DNA of 57,388 nt from Vitrella brassicaformis CCMP3155 (lineage: Eukaryota > Protista > Chromerida): positions 1 through 57,388 of the forward strand of contig CDMY01000527.1 in NCBI GenBank assembly GCA_001179505.1, given 5' to 3'. The notes under the pieces were generated by a model. The model was not told the DNA's origin. It saw only the letters and a program-made list of their open reading frames with translations, and searched no databases. This document shows positions 9,964 through 23,696 of the stretch, piece by piece (position 1 is the first letter of the stretch; the number at the start of each line of letters is the position of its first letter). Both the position numbers and the translations under genes were made by a program.

Positions 9964-11233
9964 TCCACCCCCACACACACATGGGTGGAGGGGGCGGGGG
10001 GGATCCGGAGTTCCGGAAATCAGGAGTCAGGAGTCAGGAATTGCATGTGTTTTATAACGTAGGGTCGTTCATGTCCCCTTAGCAACTGAGTAGCGTTTTC
10101 TTTTTCGATTTATTCATGTGATGTGTTGTGTGCTGGTGTCGTGATGGATGTGGTGGGTGTGTGGGTTTTCTTTGTCTTTTATGGGCGTCTGATTGTGCCG
10201 TTTATGAGTGCCCAGAGGGTGTTTGGTTGTCTTTGTCGATTTATTCTGTGCTGCTGCTGTTTTTTAAAGCCATATATAGACACACACACACACACACAGT
10301 GGCCGTCATGACGGGAGAGGTGGATGGATGGATGGACTGATGCAGTGCGGCTGTCAGTGGTGCGTGTGAGGGTGCAGGGGAAGGGGTCTGTTCTGACTAG
10401 AGAAGCCTATCGCACCTTTGTGTGTCTGTGTGTGTGTGTGTGTGTGAGTTATTGACTGTGTGTGTCTGACTGTGAGTCATTGGTGTGTCTGTGTGTGTGT
10501 CTGTGTGTCTTCGATGGGTGTGTGTCTTTATGTGTAGTTCTGATCTAGAGAAGCCCATCGCACGGTGTGTGTCGGTGTGTGGCTGCATCGCACGTCGCAT
10601 CGCTCGGCTGTTTGGCCGTATGTTTGTTATCGCTGGTCTGTCTGTCTGTCTGCCTGGCTGACTGTCGTGTTCGTTGTGTGTGTCTGGGGGGCCGGCCACT
10701 TCTTCTGCACCCATCCACCCGCACCACTGATGCGTCCGTACGGCTCTGCACACCACAGCCATTCCTCCCGTCCATCCATCTATTCCATCCATCCATTCAC
10801 CCTCGGCGACACTGTTGTATTGTGTGTGCTGGATGTGCGTGCTGATATCTTTATGCTGCCCCCCCCGCCCCGCCCCTACTTGAATGTATGTAGCCACCCA
10901 CAGGCATACGGTTTATCCAGAGGGAGGGCGCCGGGCTCGTTTCTGGTTTTCTTCCGGTTTATCCAGAGGCTGCGTTCCGGTTGACAATTACGTGTCGGTG
11001 TGTTGTTTTGGTGTGACAGTATGGTGACATGTACCCCACCCCTTGCACATGCACCCTCTGCGTGTGTGACCTTTCGGGATCAACCGAATGCACACCTAGG
11101 AATGGGTAAAATCTCCAGAGGGGGATGGCACCTCTAAGCTCGCAACAACGGCGAAGGAAGGGCAGAGGAGCGAGGAGACCTTGGTGAGGTCCCGAGGTAC
11201 ATGTAGCAGTCTGATTCATCGCCTCCTTCCCAG

Positions 11234-13203
11234 ATGACGATGGCTGCCAGCGCTGTTCAGGTGAGAGAAGATCCAGAGGAGCCAAAGCAAAGCAAAGCAC
11301 GGAGATCACGGGGTGAATCATCGTGTGTGCTGTCTTTGTGTGATTGTGTTGTTTGTCGTGCGAATACTCTGCAGACGTCAATGGCGGCGATGCGGCAGCA
11401 GCTGCTGGCAAAGATTCAGGCCTATCAGACCAATCAGGCGCGGGTACGTAACCAAAACACTCACTCAGTCACTCAGTCACTCATTCAGTGCATCCGTCGC
11501 TCATCGGCTGACTGCTTTGTGTTGTTTGTGTGTGGTGTGGTGTGCAGGTCAACAATGGCATCGGCCGACTCACTCAGATGGACACCGCTGCGATCACACC
11601 ACTGGTGCGGACAGACTGCCACACACAATGACAGCACAAAGGCCTCTGTGTCATGATGCTCTCGTGTGATTCGTCAGATGGTGGCCAATGTCAGTCGTCA
11701 ACTCGCTAACGAATCGGCCCGTCTGGCCCAGCTGGCGGACAGCATCGACTCGACCATCGCACTCACAAGACACACCCGGACACAGGTCAGAGAGAGACCA
11801 CACACACACACACAGCTGCATGTGTGTCTTTCTGTGTGTCGTCAGGCTCGGCGATTGCACGTGACTGACATTCCCGCCGAGCCGAAGAGCATCATCCTCG
11901 CACTCTCTGCCCTCACGACCGTCGCCCGACTCAAGGCGACAGCCCGCCACTTCAGAAACGCCCTGCGGCCCATCATCCGCCGTATTCGGCTGCGGAAGGC
12001 CATCGAATGTGCGGGGGCGGGCGGTGTGGTGCAGTTCGACGATCAGCTGAGCCACGGCGATGTGTTGAAGGCCATGTGGCTGATGGAGGAGGGGGGCGAG
12101 GGCGGCTAGGGGGATGTGGCCGACACACTCAGATTCGGTGAGCATTTCGGCTATTGCCAGCTGCCGGTCACTGTGGGTGCCGGAGATCTGCAGACACACG
12201 CCACCAAGGCGGTAAGCACCACACACATGAGATGGGAGGCAGTGGGGCAATGAGTGAATGGCTCTCTGTCTGTGTGTGTTCGATGCAGGACTACTCATCG
12301 CTGCCCCGGTTCTGTGCGCGGTGGATGCTCGTCGGCCGCCGTGTAGTCCTCCGTCGGCCCAATGGCCAGCATGACGGCACACTACAGCTGTTCCGCCACA
12401 ACAACGAGATTCGCGCCATCCGCAACGAGCCCAACTTCGCCATCGTCATCAACCCGCCCTAGGACCTCTCCCACCCCACCCGCCCCGTCCATCCCTTCTC
12501 GCAGCACCCCTTCACCCACCACGCTAAGCCGCACGACCCGCCCGTCCGCTGCACCATTGGGTGGCAGCCTGGTGTGGGCTGGGCGCCTGATGGTGTTCAT
12601 CAAACGTATGTTTCCGCATCGGCGACTTCCCTGCTGAAGAGGCTCATGCTGGTTCACCGAGGGATGGCTGTGGGCGGCATGTCCCAGTCGCCAATAGTGC
12701 ACGTTGACCGGTAAGTGGACGGATGAAGGTGGCAGGTCGCTGGTGGTCTGCGTCAAACATGGATGTGTGCGTCAGGAGTGTGCGTGGCGGTTATCTGGAC
12801 CGCACGGTGACTCGATCGCCCCACACGCCCCTTGACGAGTGCTCACACGTGACGGCATACGAGGCGGTCAGTGGGGGGTGTGGGCAGTCGCATGTGCTGA
12901 CGTCGTCCGGTGACCCCTTCATCGCATGGATTAACTTTGGCACCCCTCCAGGCCTCACCAGCCAGAACGGTATGCATATATGTAGGAGAACAGCAACTCG
13001 ACAACACCCCCATGCTGTCATGGTGTCTGATTTTGTGCTCATGGCTACGTGCAGTGCACATGTTCATCAGTACCACCGAGGCGCCGGCAGCAGGTGTCCC
13101 CCATGACGCGCCCTTCGCACACCGATTCCCCCTGACGGCCGCCAAGGCATGTCTCGTCCTCGGCCCCATCGCAGCTATCGTCCTCGACGGCCAGGCACCA
13201 TAA
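11234..13203 (+). pseudogene. F-box-like expanded-family gene, pseudogenised paralog of 54618-56531
   Basis: Same exon structure and protein as the 55 kb copy, but with in-frame TAG at 12107 (TGG in the paralog) and 12460. Confidence 0.8.
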
Positions 13204-13894
13204 GACCATGAAGGTGAGGGCCACACAGGTGATGCAGACGACTAGGTGGTTTCAACGGAGGAGACACGACTAGCTGACTGTCTGGCGGGCGAGCGGACTG
13301 CGTGTGGTGGTGTATGCATTGTATCTGTTGGCGGCATGTCTGCACGACAATGAGAAAGACTCACCCGTAGAGAGAAAGGTCCATTTCCATCCTTTATCTC
13401 CCACATGGCAAGCAAGAACGACAAGAGAGAGTGCCGGATTGACACTGATTCATCAAGCGGCAGACAGAAAACGCATGTAAAGGAGTCAGTGACACACGGG
13501 ATATAAAATGGAGGCAGCGATAACCTGGCCCTTAAAACAATACAGCCACCTGAAGGAAGACACACACCCATCACCAAAACTGTCTGCCTATCTCCCACTA
13601 ACTATCGGGCTGACCGTTGGGTTTCTGACGAATTTGCCGAGAATCATGGACGGCCCGTCAAAGAGATGCAGGAGCGCCCCACATCGCTCCTTGTAGAGGT
13701 GCGGCAATGTTGCCAAGGGAAACGCCAAGACCGTCCGCCGCTATAGGCCATCAATAAACTATAACCACACACACAACACAACACAACGCATCACACCCAC
13801 GTCGCTGTCTCCGTGTTTCCCATACGTCTCACCTATGCATCTAAATAAGCGTGTTTCTGTGTCATGGTGGGATTGACCTTGGGGTGCTGCTCAC

Positions 13895-14170
13895 TGACCG
13901 GCGAGACGCCCTTCAGACGCCATTGCGACCCTTCTGGCTGCTGGCCCGCAGCTGAACAGACACATATAAAATGGTGGCCTGAAGGTCTCTGTGGTGTGGG
14001 CCTCGGCCTCCTTACGCGCCAGAGAGACATGCTGTGACGGCACGTCGACATGTTGACAATCAGTCGTGAAATATAAAATATAAGCAGCGATGTCTGAACA
14101 CATACAAACGGACAGATGAAGAGATGCGTGAGTGTGACGGGAGTGCTCTCCGCGTGTGTCTCCACTAACC
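13895..14170 (-). repeat. Intron plus RCLHFI exon module (long type)
   Basis: Donor GTTAGTGGAGACAC and acceptor TGTGTTCAG|ACATCGCTGCTTATATTTTATA. Matches 2788-2940, 18310-18462 and 25846-25998. Confidence 0.8.
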
Positions 14171-16297
14171 TACTGCCGGCCTCGCACCACTCAAACGGGA
14201 GACCTCTTGCGGCGCCGAAGGTGGTGGTGTGGCCTCAGACTCCTGCATCGAACACACCCAGGGAGTGATGCCGTCAACGTGTGATCACGGCCAATGTGGT
14301 CTTACCAGCAGGTACCAGCAGACACAGATGACTACGTAAAGCAGCGCTGAGAGGTGTTGCAGCACCTGCACTCACACACCACACACGACACACACACGTG
14401 CACAAGTTGCCTCCCTGCGTGTGTCTCTATCTTCTGCGTACCTCTGGCACAACCACAGATAATCGCCAACCAAATCGCGCCCCGGCCCCCTCCCTCAGGG
14501 AGAGGGCCCCCATTGATAGGAATGGAATGCACCAAAAATAGTCGGCCACGGCGAGTATATATGTGGTCTCACGGCATACACGCAGTCACCAGCCAGGGTC
14601 ATCTCCAGCACTCACACAACACATCCAGCCTCCAGCATGAAGTCATAAACCTTCCGCACTGAGCCACATCTACTCACTGCTCGTGTTGGTGAGATACGCG
14701 ACCTCAGGCTTGGCGCACCCACCATTTGTCCATCCATCCATCCATTCATCCAGCCATCCCATAGATATTTAAAAAACACCGTCTAACACACTGACGGACA
14801 TACTGACGGACAGACAGCCAGACAGACAGACAGACAGCCACCAGAGAGAGAGAGAGAGATAGATAAGTTGCGGTCTTGACAGCTCTTCCGGCGTGGGCCG
14901 TCGTTGACGGCGCCTTGTGGTAGTGTACTGCCTTGTAGGGTGGGCGTCTTAGGGCTCCTGGTGGGGCAGAAGGGCAGAAGAGGCGGGGGCGGTGGCACAG
15001 AGGGCGGATGGTGGACGAGCGAACGACTGCATTGCAGCCAACACACACAGACAGCAACACACCAGGAGAGACAAAGGTGACTTCATGTCGTGTGTGTGTT
15101 GTGTTTGTGTGGGATGGGCGTACCGATGAGGTGGTGGTGCGGTGCAGAGTGACCACAGACACACAACACAACGACGGACACACTACCCCTCACACAGACA
15201 CCACCCACCACTCACACAGACACGACAACCATGCGGCTTCTCTTCAGCCGCACCACGTGCAGCACCACCCGATTGATGGTTTCGGTCACCGACAACAGTG
15301 CCGACGCACATACATAAGTAGACAGACGGGGAGAGGACAGCGACACCCACACAAACGAAAACCATCACAAAAGAAAGATGAGAAAACAGCCAGACGGCAG
15401 CCAAACTAAGGGCGAGCCGTCCAGAGGACAGCAACGCCATAAAGGCGAGCCTCCCCGAAGGGAAGTCGACACCGATAAACCACCTCCACACAACAGACAG
15501 ACAGGGCAGACAATCGAATGCGATGAGTCCCCCACCCACCCACCCACCGCATCACTGACAGACACCCCTGATCTCTCTCACACGCCCCACTCTCGGCGTC
15601 GTGGCGGCTACTGTACGGTGTGTGTGTATGTGTGTCTGTATATGGCTTTTAAAAACAGCAGCAGCACGGCGACAAATGGACCAAAGAAAACAGACAAAAC
15701 ACACACCCTCGGGCACTCTCATAAATGGCATAAACGGACAGACGCCGACAAATCATAAAGATAAAGAAACCCCCACACACTCACACAGCACAATACATCA
15801 CAATACAGCACACAAACATCACTAAACTAAGCAAGCACAGATATCCTGATATCCCCCCCTCCTCTGAGGCCACTCAGAGGAAGCGCCGGAACAAAACGCA
15901 CAGCAGCGCGATGACTATCATGGTCCTCTCCGCCGCTGATGACCAGGTGGTCTTTCGTTCGCTGTTTTCCAACAAGTTGGCGTTGTCGTCGAAGGCAGCA
16001 AACAAGGCGGATTGGCGTTTTTGACGAGTCCACAGATATAAAATGAAGGCAGCGATATCTGAAGAGACATACAAAGACACGAGACACATGAAGAGAGACG
16101 TGGCATAGAAATGTGCGGCGTGAATCTGCCCACCGACACACCTGCCAGCAGTGCCGCCCAGTAATGGTGTCCTGCCAGCAGAACCGGGCGGCCCTCCTTC
16201 GTCTGAATGTGCAGCTATGCACACACACAGACAGAGCTGCACAAGTGCACAGCCTCTGCATATGTCTCCACTTACCGCTGCCGCCCAACACGTCGCC

Positions 16298-17674
16298 TTA
16301 TGCCAGCAGGTAGGCCATGAGGACCTGGTACGCCTGCATCTTGCGGGCGTGCTCTCGGGCGGGGAGTGGCATCCAATCATCCATGGCGGGCTGGGGCGGG
16401 GGCAGCAGCACCGGCACTACGGGAGGGGGCGGGAGGATCATGTAGTGCATGTGGTGGACTGGCTGCACTATGACATGCAGCATGGGGGCCGTAGGGTGGG
16501 CGTTGGCAGGCTGTGGCTGGGCAGCGGCGACGGCCGGGTGTACGGGGTGGGCTCGGATATAGAATGGCCCCTGTGGTGTTGTGCACGCCAAGGCAGGAGA
16601 CGCACACAGACAGGCAGACAGGCAGACAGGCAAATGGATTGATGCATGTGTGTTCGAGTGTGGCGGTGCTTAGTTCTCACCTGGGGAGCCTCCTGCTGCA
16701 CAGCCGCCGCCGCCACATAGCCTCCAGCCGCCTGGCCGTCCTGTGAGCAACAAGCCAGCAGCAACGGAAAGATGCTCAATTCACTTCAACAGATCGCTCT
16801 TTGCAGCTCTTTTTTTGCCCACCAGCTGCCGATGTCGCACCAGGAGGGCCGGTGACGACCTCGACCGCCGGAGGGCCACGGCATGACGGCCCCTGATACG
16901 GCGCCTTCTCCTGCCCCTCCTGGCACACAGCACCCTGAGCCGCACGCACCCGACAGACCCGATGGAATTGTTGTGGTCTCTGTCTGTCTATCGCCATGCG
17001 TGTACCTTACCAGATAAGGGTGATGGTGAGTGATGGGGACAGCATTATAATGTGGCTGTCCCGGTCCTCCGTGTACGATGCACTCAATCCGTCCACCTCC
17101 CGCCGGTACTCAACAGTCTCAGGGACCACAACAGTTGTCGCGTTCAGGAAGAGTAGGCGATCACGTCGCTCGGAAAGCGCTGGCTGCTCGGAGGGGCGGC
17201 CACAGTGCTGGTCGGTGGGCTGACAGTGGCATCTTGTGACACTCTGGATGAACAAAAGCAGCTGTGGCAGAGGTGTCGAGGACTCCACAGATATAAAATG
17301 GAGGCAGCGATGTCTGACACGCACAGAGACAAAGAGACACTCGCCTTGTGCCAGAGGCATCGTTACTTTGTACTAATGCACAGCCTCTCTGGATGTGTCT
17401 CCACTCACCGCTTCCGCCCAACACCCGGGGGCTTAGGTCGACAAGTAGCCGAAATGGCGAGGCAGGCCAGGCACAGCCAGCACCCCCTCTCCGCCCACAG
17501 CAGCTCGGCCTCCTCGCGGCGCCTCTTGGCCAGCTCCGCCGCCCGTCGGCTCTCCCTCTTCGGCAGCGGCACCCAGTCCACGATGGGCGGGTGGTAGATG
17601 ATGATGGGCGCTGGGACCAGTGCGGGTCGTGGTGCCGCTGCCGGGTAGAGGGGGATGGCGGGGAGATAGTTGAC
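16298..17674 (-). pseudogene. Chain of family modules P-D-O-R-Q-P
   Basis: P exon 17674-17409 splices in frame to the RCLHFI exon (17314), which runs into O (..EDRDSHIIMLSPSLTITLIW). R (~16960-16820, acceptor apparently mutated), Q and P (16570-16298) follow. Confidence 0.5.
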
Positions 17675-17896
17675 CTGTCGCAGACCAAACAGAGAGAGGG
17701 ATTCATGTGTGGTCTGCACTGGTAAGTCTGTTCGTGATGCTTGTTTCTCACCAGGGGCCGCCCGACCTGCACGCCCACCTCCCTCGTCAGGTCGGCATCC
17801 TGCAGCCAACAAACCAGCAGAGATTTCCTCTCAGTTCAGTGGATAGAATGACGTTTGTGTGGGGCCATCTGCTCACCGTTATGCCGGCCGCCCCGC
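17447..17896. repeat. ~450 bp segment duplicated at 24048-24497
   Basis: Near-identical P exon, intron and upstream mini-exon, offset about 6.6 kb. Confidence 0.85.
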
Positions 17897-18462
17897 CCCC
17901 CACTGTGTGGGTGCTTTAGGTGGCCAGGTAGGCCAGCAATGGGCCCACCGGTGGGATAATGCTCGTGCCGACATGATGGGCTGCGATGCGGCCAGACAGG
18001 CCAAGCGTTGGCGCTGCTGACGAGTCCGCAAATATAAAATGGAGGCAGCGATGTCTGAACAGATGGATATACGAAGACACAAAAGAGAGACATGGCGTAG
18101 AAATGTGCATCTGCCCACCTGCACACCTGGAAGAGTGGCGCCCAGTGACGATGACCTGCCAGGGCCCTCTTTCCTCTGAAAATGCAGCAGGATACACACA
18201 CACAGACAGCTTAGCATCGTTGTGCTGCACAAATCGTGTGTCCCCACGCTTTCGTACCACGCTTACATACAAAGTGGACACCTGACTGTCTCTGTGTGAG
18301 TTCGCCTCCTTACGCGCCAGAAAGACAATTTATGACGGTACGTCCACATGTTGATAATCAGTCGTCAAATATAAAATGCAAGCAGCGATACCTAAAGACA
18401 CAAACGGACAGATGAGATGCGTGTGCGGGATCGGACGGCTCTTTGCGTGTGTCTCCACTCAC

Positions 18463-20866
18463 TGCTTCCACTCAACACATGGTGGCTTTGTGTGGCCAGG
18501 TAGGCCGCCACCCCTCCTGCACCAGCTTCTTGTATTGTATTTTCTCATCTTGCGGGCGCGCTCGATGGCCGGGAGTGGCTTCCAGCCCATGGCGGGCTGG
18601 GGCGGGGGAGGGGGCGGGACGTAGTACATGGGGTGGACGTAGTAGATGGCTGCGCTAGCACAGAGATGGTGGCCGGGGCGGGCACGGCTGCGGGAGCGGG
18701 GGGCCGTGCAGCGGCCACTCGTGGATTGACGGGGTGGGCCGGCATGTAGATCGGCCCCTGTAGTACCAACACACCAAGGGAGGCGGATGGATTTATTCGG
18801 TGTGTTCTGTTTCGGTGGTCTGCATTGTGCACTGTGCACTGTTCGCTCACCGCCTGGTGCTGGTGTGTGCGGCGAGGGATGGCCGATGACAGCAGGGCGG
18901 GGGACGACTTGGCCCGTCGAAGGGCCAGCCGAGCCCCCGTCCCTCTGCATCGGTGTCGTGTAGGTCTCGGCTTTATTAAGGCATATACGAAAACCACCGC
19001 CCTGCAACCAAGAACACATAGATAGCCTCGATGGATGGATGGAATGGACGGTGTATGCAGTATGGTGACGACGAGGACCAGCACCAGTCCCGACAGCCGG
19101 CCCACCACCACCTCCCTCAGCTCACCGAGTGTCCTAGCACGTCTGGCCACACGATCGCCAGCCGTCTTGTCGCGGTCCTGGACAACCTCTATGTCCTCCG
19201 TGCCGTTCTGCAGCTCGTCGGCGAAGGTCCAGACGGCGCCGCTTGGTGGAGGAGCAATGGCCACGCGCACAGGGAGTGGGTGGCCTTGCAGGTAGGCCGA
19301 CAGGCGCTCAGACACAATGGGAAGGTCCATGTCGTCGGGCCGCAGACTGAGAGTGGTGTTGCCAGGCGTAATCTCGACACCGTATGTCGCTAGATAGCCG
19401 ACGACCGGTGCGCTTCTCTGCATCGCTGGGTGTGTGGTGGGTTTGGGCGAGATGGATGGGGGTGTGGGGCTGACGTAAGGGCCAGTCCCGGCAAGCCACT
19501 CGTGCACAGACATGTCTGCAGACAGACAGACAGACAGACAGGAGACATCCGGTTTGTCTGCATCGACTGGTGAATGAATGTGGTCACTCACTTGGTGCTC
19601 GCTGAGTGTGTCGACTTCGCCCTCCGTTGAGTTCATGCGGGCCTCGTATCTCTGCTTGAGGTCCTCCAGGCGCCCGGCGTGCAGTGCGGCCCTGACGTCG
19701 GGACTAACGGAAGACACCGACGGGTCAGACTCTGACACACATCCATCGACCCACACACACAGAGGTGAGATGAGCTCCATGTGTGTCTCTGTGTGTGTGT
19801 GTTGTAGGTGGTGGGTTGGCTGACCTGTGACAATCTCATGGCTGCCATGAGCCGCTTCTTGGCCTCCGCTGTGCACGGTGTGCTCACGGAAGGGGCTGGT
19901 GATGCGTCGGTCAACCACGTGTTGTGGTGCGGCAAAGGGCCTCTCGTAGAGGGTGGGGATCGTGAGACGGCTGCTACTCTCGACCGCCCCAGGCTCTTCC
20001 CCGACAGAGTCCGAGCTCTCCCCTCGCTTCGCCGCAAGGCGAGACGCCACGAGCTTCTTCTTGACGTTGCTGTTTGTCTTGCTGGCGAGTTTGTCCCAGT
20101 CCTCCCCCACGCTTGCTGCTCGGGCCGCCGCCATATGGCCCAGAGACACGCGGCGAGCCGACTGGCTAGCGCGTCCGTCGGCCTCCTTGCCGGACACAGC
20201 AGCAGCACCAGCAGACTTGTCAGCAGCGCCTTTGCCGGACGGCGGCAGCACGATGGACTCCCTGAGAATGGACGGCTGCTGCACAGACGGCTGTGCATGT
20301 ACTACACTTGCCGCCGCCGCTGCTGCCAGGCCCGCACGTGTACGCAGCTTGGTGACCTGCATGCACCGAGACACAGACAAACAGACAGACAGGCGGGAAC
20401 CGGGCACAGAGACAGAGAGGGGGATGCGTGTCCGTGTACTGGTATGTCTGTATTGAGTCCGGTCCGTTCAATATATCTCTCACCTCGTCGAGGATAGCAT
20501 CATACCACAACTCGCGCTCAGCGTCGTTTGTGCACTTGAAACATGCCTTCATCCCTTTGGCCGACTCGAACAGATCAACGAGGCTGCATCGATGAAGACA
20601 CACACACACACACACAAGTCACACATGGCCGGCCATGCACCTTGCCTGCCTCCTTACGCGTACATGTGAGAGTCACAGTCCTTGACGTCCTTTGCCGTAT
20701 AAAATTTGTCGACGTCTGTCTCCTCCTCGACAGCGGATATTCTTGTCAGCCACACCAAACGAGACACAGTCACTCATGTGTACACATGTGGTCCACCTTA
20801 CCTTGTATGGCCGCTTGGCTATCTTGGTGTCGGGCTCCAGACGAATGGTCTTGGGCCAGCACCAGC
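18463..20866 (-). CDS. PH-like domain protein spliced onto R and P modules, possibly degenerate
   Basis: LVDLFESAKGMKACFKCTNDAERELWYDAILDE resembles a PH C-terminal helix and parallels the 36.5 kb gene. It is followed by a low-complexity region, LRRAKSSPALL and the Pro-rich WKPLPAIERARKM exon, which has a frameshift near its end. Confidence 0.45.
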
Positions 20867-21705
20867 CTGCGTCAGTACACATACACAAACACAGACAGAT
20901 AGAAGCCCTTTACATACTCCCATCCTCTATCTCTCACTCACCCCTGCCCCCTCCATCCCCTTCCCATCCACGTTCGGTTGGACGTTGAAAGCAAGGCGCA
21001 CACTGGTTGGATGTCGTTGAAATACACGTTTATGAAAACATACATACATACATACATACTATGACGCGTTAGCCACTTGTGCTCACTGATTGACCAACTT
21101 ACCCATCGGATGGCAGTGCGATAGTTGGCTGTCACTGGTGTGTCAGGAAGAGGAGGATTCTGCACACAGACAGCAAAAAAGCGGCAGACAGGCAGTGCAA
21201 ACATCACCGACGGCGACAGCGTTGGTCATTTGATGAGCACGTTATTTTCTGCATGAGCGGACTGACCAAACACAGACAGATGCAGTTGGTTGTGTTGTGT
21301 GTTGTGTGTTGTGTGTTGTGTGTTGTTGTCTGTCTGTATACCTACATTGTGACGAGAGACATCTTGGCAGCATTGATATCGTATGCACCGTGATGCGCGG
21401 CAGCGCGTTGCCCGGCAAAGGACGACGAACACAAAATCCTGTCCACACGTGCGCACACGTGAATGTATGTATGGGCGATCGGTCGTTTTGCCTCTCTGTG
21501 GTCGCACTCACTGAAGAAATTCACTTGGATTGGCTGATACAGCTGCTGCAATGCTGTACACACACAGAGACCGGTTCATCGATGACAGCCAATCGTTCGT
21601 CATGAAAGACGCATGAAGTTACCCTTCACGCACCTTCCATCCCTTTCCACAAGGCGATTTAGCCGTCGCGCTCGACGATTCCGAGCATCGGGTCGTCGAG
21701 GCCAC

Positions 21706-21999
21706 CCCTTGTTCCAGCCAATAGTTGACGTCTCCATGATGCGCTCCATCCGCTTCTTCAACTCGTTCGGCGTATGCTGCTGCGTGGAGCGGTGGCGGTG
21801 TGTCACTGCCGTAAGTCCTCAGAGCGACGTCCTCATGAAAGACATCCATCAAGGTATAGGATATCCAAGTGTGACGGTACCAAGGTGGATAAGCTAGTGC
21901 CGTCTCCGGTAACGGAGTGATCTTCGCGGGAGTAGTCGAAAACTGGCTTTGGCTGCCGTATCATGAGCGGTTCTTGACCAGCTTCATCTCTAGCACCAG
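21706..21999 (-). pseudogene. Nonsense-interrupted copy of the C-terminal domain of the 36 kb PH gene
   Basis: LVLEMKLVKNRS*YGSQ..ITPLPETALAYPPWYRHTWISYTLMD..PPPLHAAAYAERVEEADGAHHGDVNYWLEQ aligns with 36020-36330. TGA at 21961-21963. Confidence 0.75.
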
Positions 22000-22790
22000 C
22001 TGGTGAAGGACGAATCCGTAATGGTTTTGGAGTGCAACTTTGTCTACTTACCTTCCTCGCTGGCGCTCGCGCGCTGAGGGACGAGCCTCCAAGACTTCGG
22101 CTCAGGTGAGAATGTGCCAGGAAGCCTGCAAAAGACACAACGCAAGAAGACATCCAGGCAGACAGACAGACAGACTGACAGAAAGACATACAGACAGATC
22201 GACGAGTGACGACTCAGTGGCGAGTTGGCGTTGTTTAAGTCTCCGCAGATATAAAATGGAGGCAGCGATGTCTGACACGCACAGAGCGACACAAGACACA
22301 TGGAGACATGTGTGTATCGGTTCACCTTGATCTGCTTGCTGCCCCTCGTGCGGTGGTGCTCATGCTGTTGGGGCAAATGGACCTTCTGTGATGGTGGCAG
22401 CTGCGGCGGGGCGCGGAGGACGACGAAAAGGGCGGATTGAGCGGAGCGGCCACCAGCCGATATGGGCCAGCTCATGCGAGGCCGGTCGTTGGTCCGCTGT
22501 TGGCGAATGGGCGAGAACGACCCCAACGCGAGTTGGCATCGTTGACGAGTCCGCAGATATAAAATGGAGGCAGCGATGTCTGAACAGATGTGTCCATACA
22601 CTTCGAGACACAGAAAGTGAGAGACGTGGCACACCTGGACGAGTGCCGCCAGTGATGATGTCCTGCCAGCAGAACCGCCACAATACACACACAGACAGCC
22701 TGGCATCATTGTGCCTCGCAAATCATGTGCCTCTCCGAATGTGTCTCCACTCACCGCTTCCGCCCAACACGTGGAAAGGTATGTGTGCGG

Positions 22791-23075
22791 TCGGCTGACG
22801 AGTTGACGTAGTTGACGAGTCCACAGATATAAAATGGAGGCAGCGATGTCTGAAGGCACATGGAGACACAAACGTGTGTCTCAGTCGGGAGATAGACATT
22901 CCCGCTTGCCTGCTGACGGCTCACCCCTTGTGGTCTCCCAGTCACAACTCAGACAGACACAGGCGGGCAGCCGCCCAACGTTTACGTTTTCAGGACGATT
23001 CATGCTGAACGCATAGGCAAACGGACGGACGGCATGACATACTTACCATCAACATGCAGATGCATCTCATCCACG
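22791..23075. repeat. ~285 bp segment duplicated at 28281-28563
   Basis: Near-identical RCLHFI exon, spacer and Sushi-family intron 1, offset about 5.49 kb. Confidence 0.88.
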
Positions 23076-23104
23076 CTGTTCAGTGGTCCGCTGTGTGTTC
23101 TTAC

Positions 23105-23650
23105 GTGAAGGTGATAGCCGCAATGGCCACTGCCCCGACGAAAACGAGCGAACAAACGAGTTCCATGACTGTTGCCTCAGGTCCCAATCCCGAATGGAGT
23201 CGATTTGAGATGGGCGACTGCGGTGGGATGCCCTCTCGGTCGCCCACATGCCGGTGGTCAGCAGCCGTTCCCTGGTGCACAACGACTTCCCCGTCTGCCG
23301 TCGGTGCGGGGGCTTGTTGGCGTCCGGGTTCGGGCATGAGATGTGGCCAGAGTCGAGCGGGTTGTCGGTCTTGCCCTCCGCCTTACAGTGTATCCCCGCG
23401 ATGCCTTGGCAGCAGCGGGCATTCCCTTCCCAGTCTGGAGCAGACACAAGACATACACACGCACTATGGTTGCCGTCCACAGGATCTCTCTCCTTTTTTG
23501 TGAATGCATCATGATCTCACCCTTGCAGACGGTTAGGACGTATTGAGGTTGATTTAGCCTGAATGCATATGCAAACAAGGACGGACGGCATGACATACTT
23601 ATCATCAACGTGCAGATGCATCTCATCCATCCCCACATCCGCTGTGCACT
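23105..23650 (-). pseudogene. Scrambled Sushi-family cassette: exon 2, Sushi fragment, then a signal exon
   Basis: LNQPQYVLTVCKG|..RCCQGIAGIHCKAEGKTDNP..ISCPNPDANKPPHRRQTG, followed by signal exon MELVCSLVFVGAVAIAAITFT (23166-23105). Introns are homologous to 3638-3889. Confidence 0.65.
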
Positions 23651-23696
23651 CTTACGTCTTGTCTCTTACATGATCCGACGCTTGACATCGCACACC

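Noticed and set aside
10300-10900. Long ORFs rich in CV/HT/TDRQ here and at 14.3-15.8 and 35.0-36.0 kb
   Set aside because: They are translations of (TG)n, (CA)n and (GACA)n microsatellites.
10018-10969. TCAGGAG x3 (~10020-10040) and a 15-bp direct repeat CGGTTTATCCAGAGG (10909, 10955)
   Set aside because: Short, single-locus features absent upstream of the paralog. No function can be supported.
12107-12462. TAG reassignment or readthrough suggested by in-frame TAGs at 8982, 12107 and 12460
   Set aside because: TAG at 54618 aligns with TAA at 13201 as a true stop, and the aligned residues differ (W and L). These are ordinary nonsense mutations.
22246-22852. Three ~30 bp repeats spaced about 270-310 bp apart, CRISPR-like
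   Set aside because: Spacers are far too long and are themselves homologous introns/exons. The context is eukaryotic with no cas genes. These are RCLHFI exon copies.
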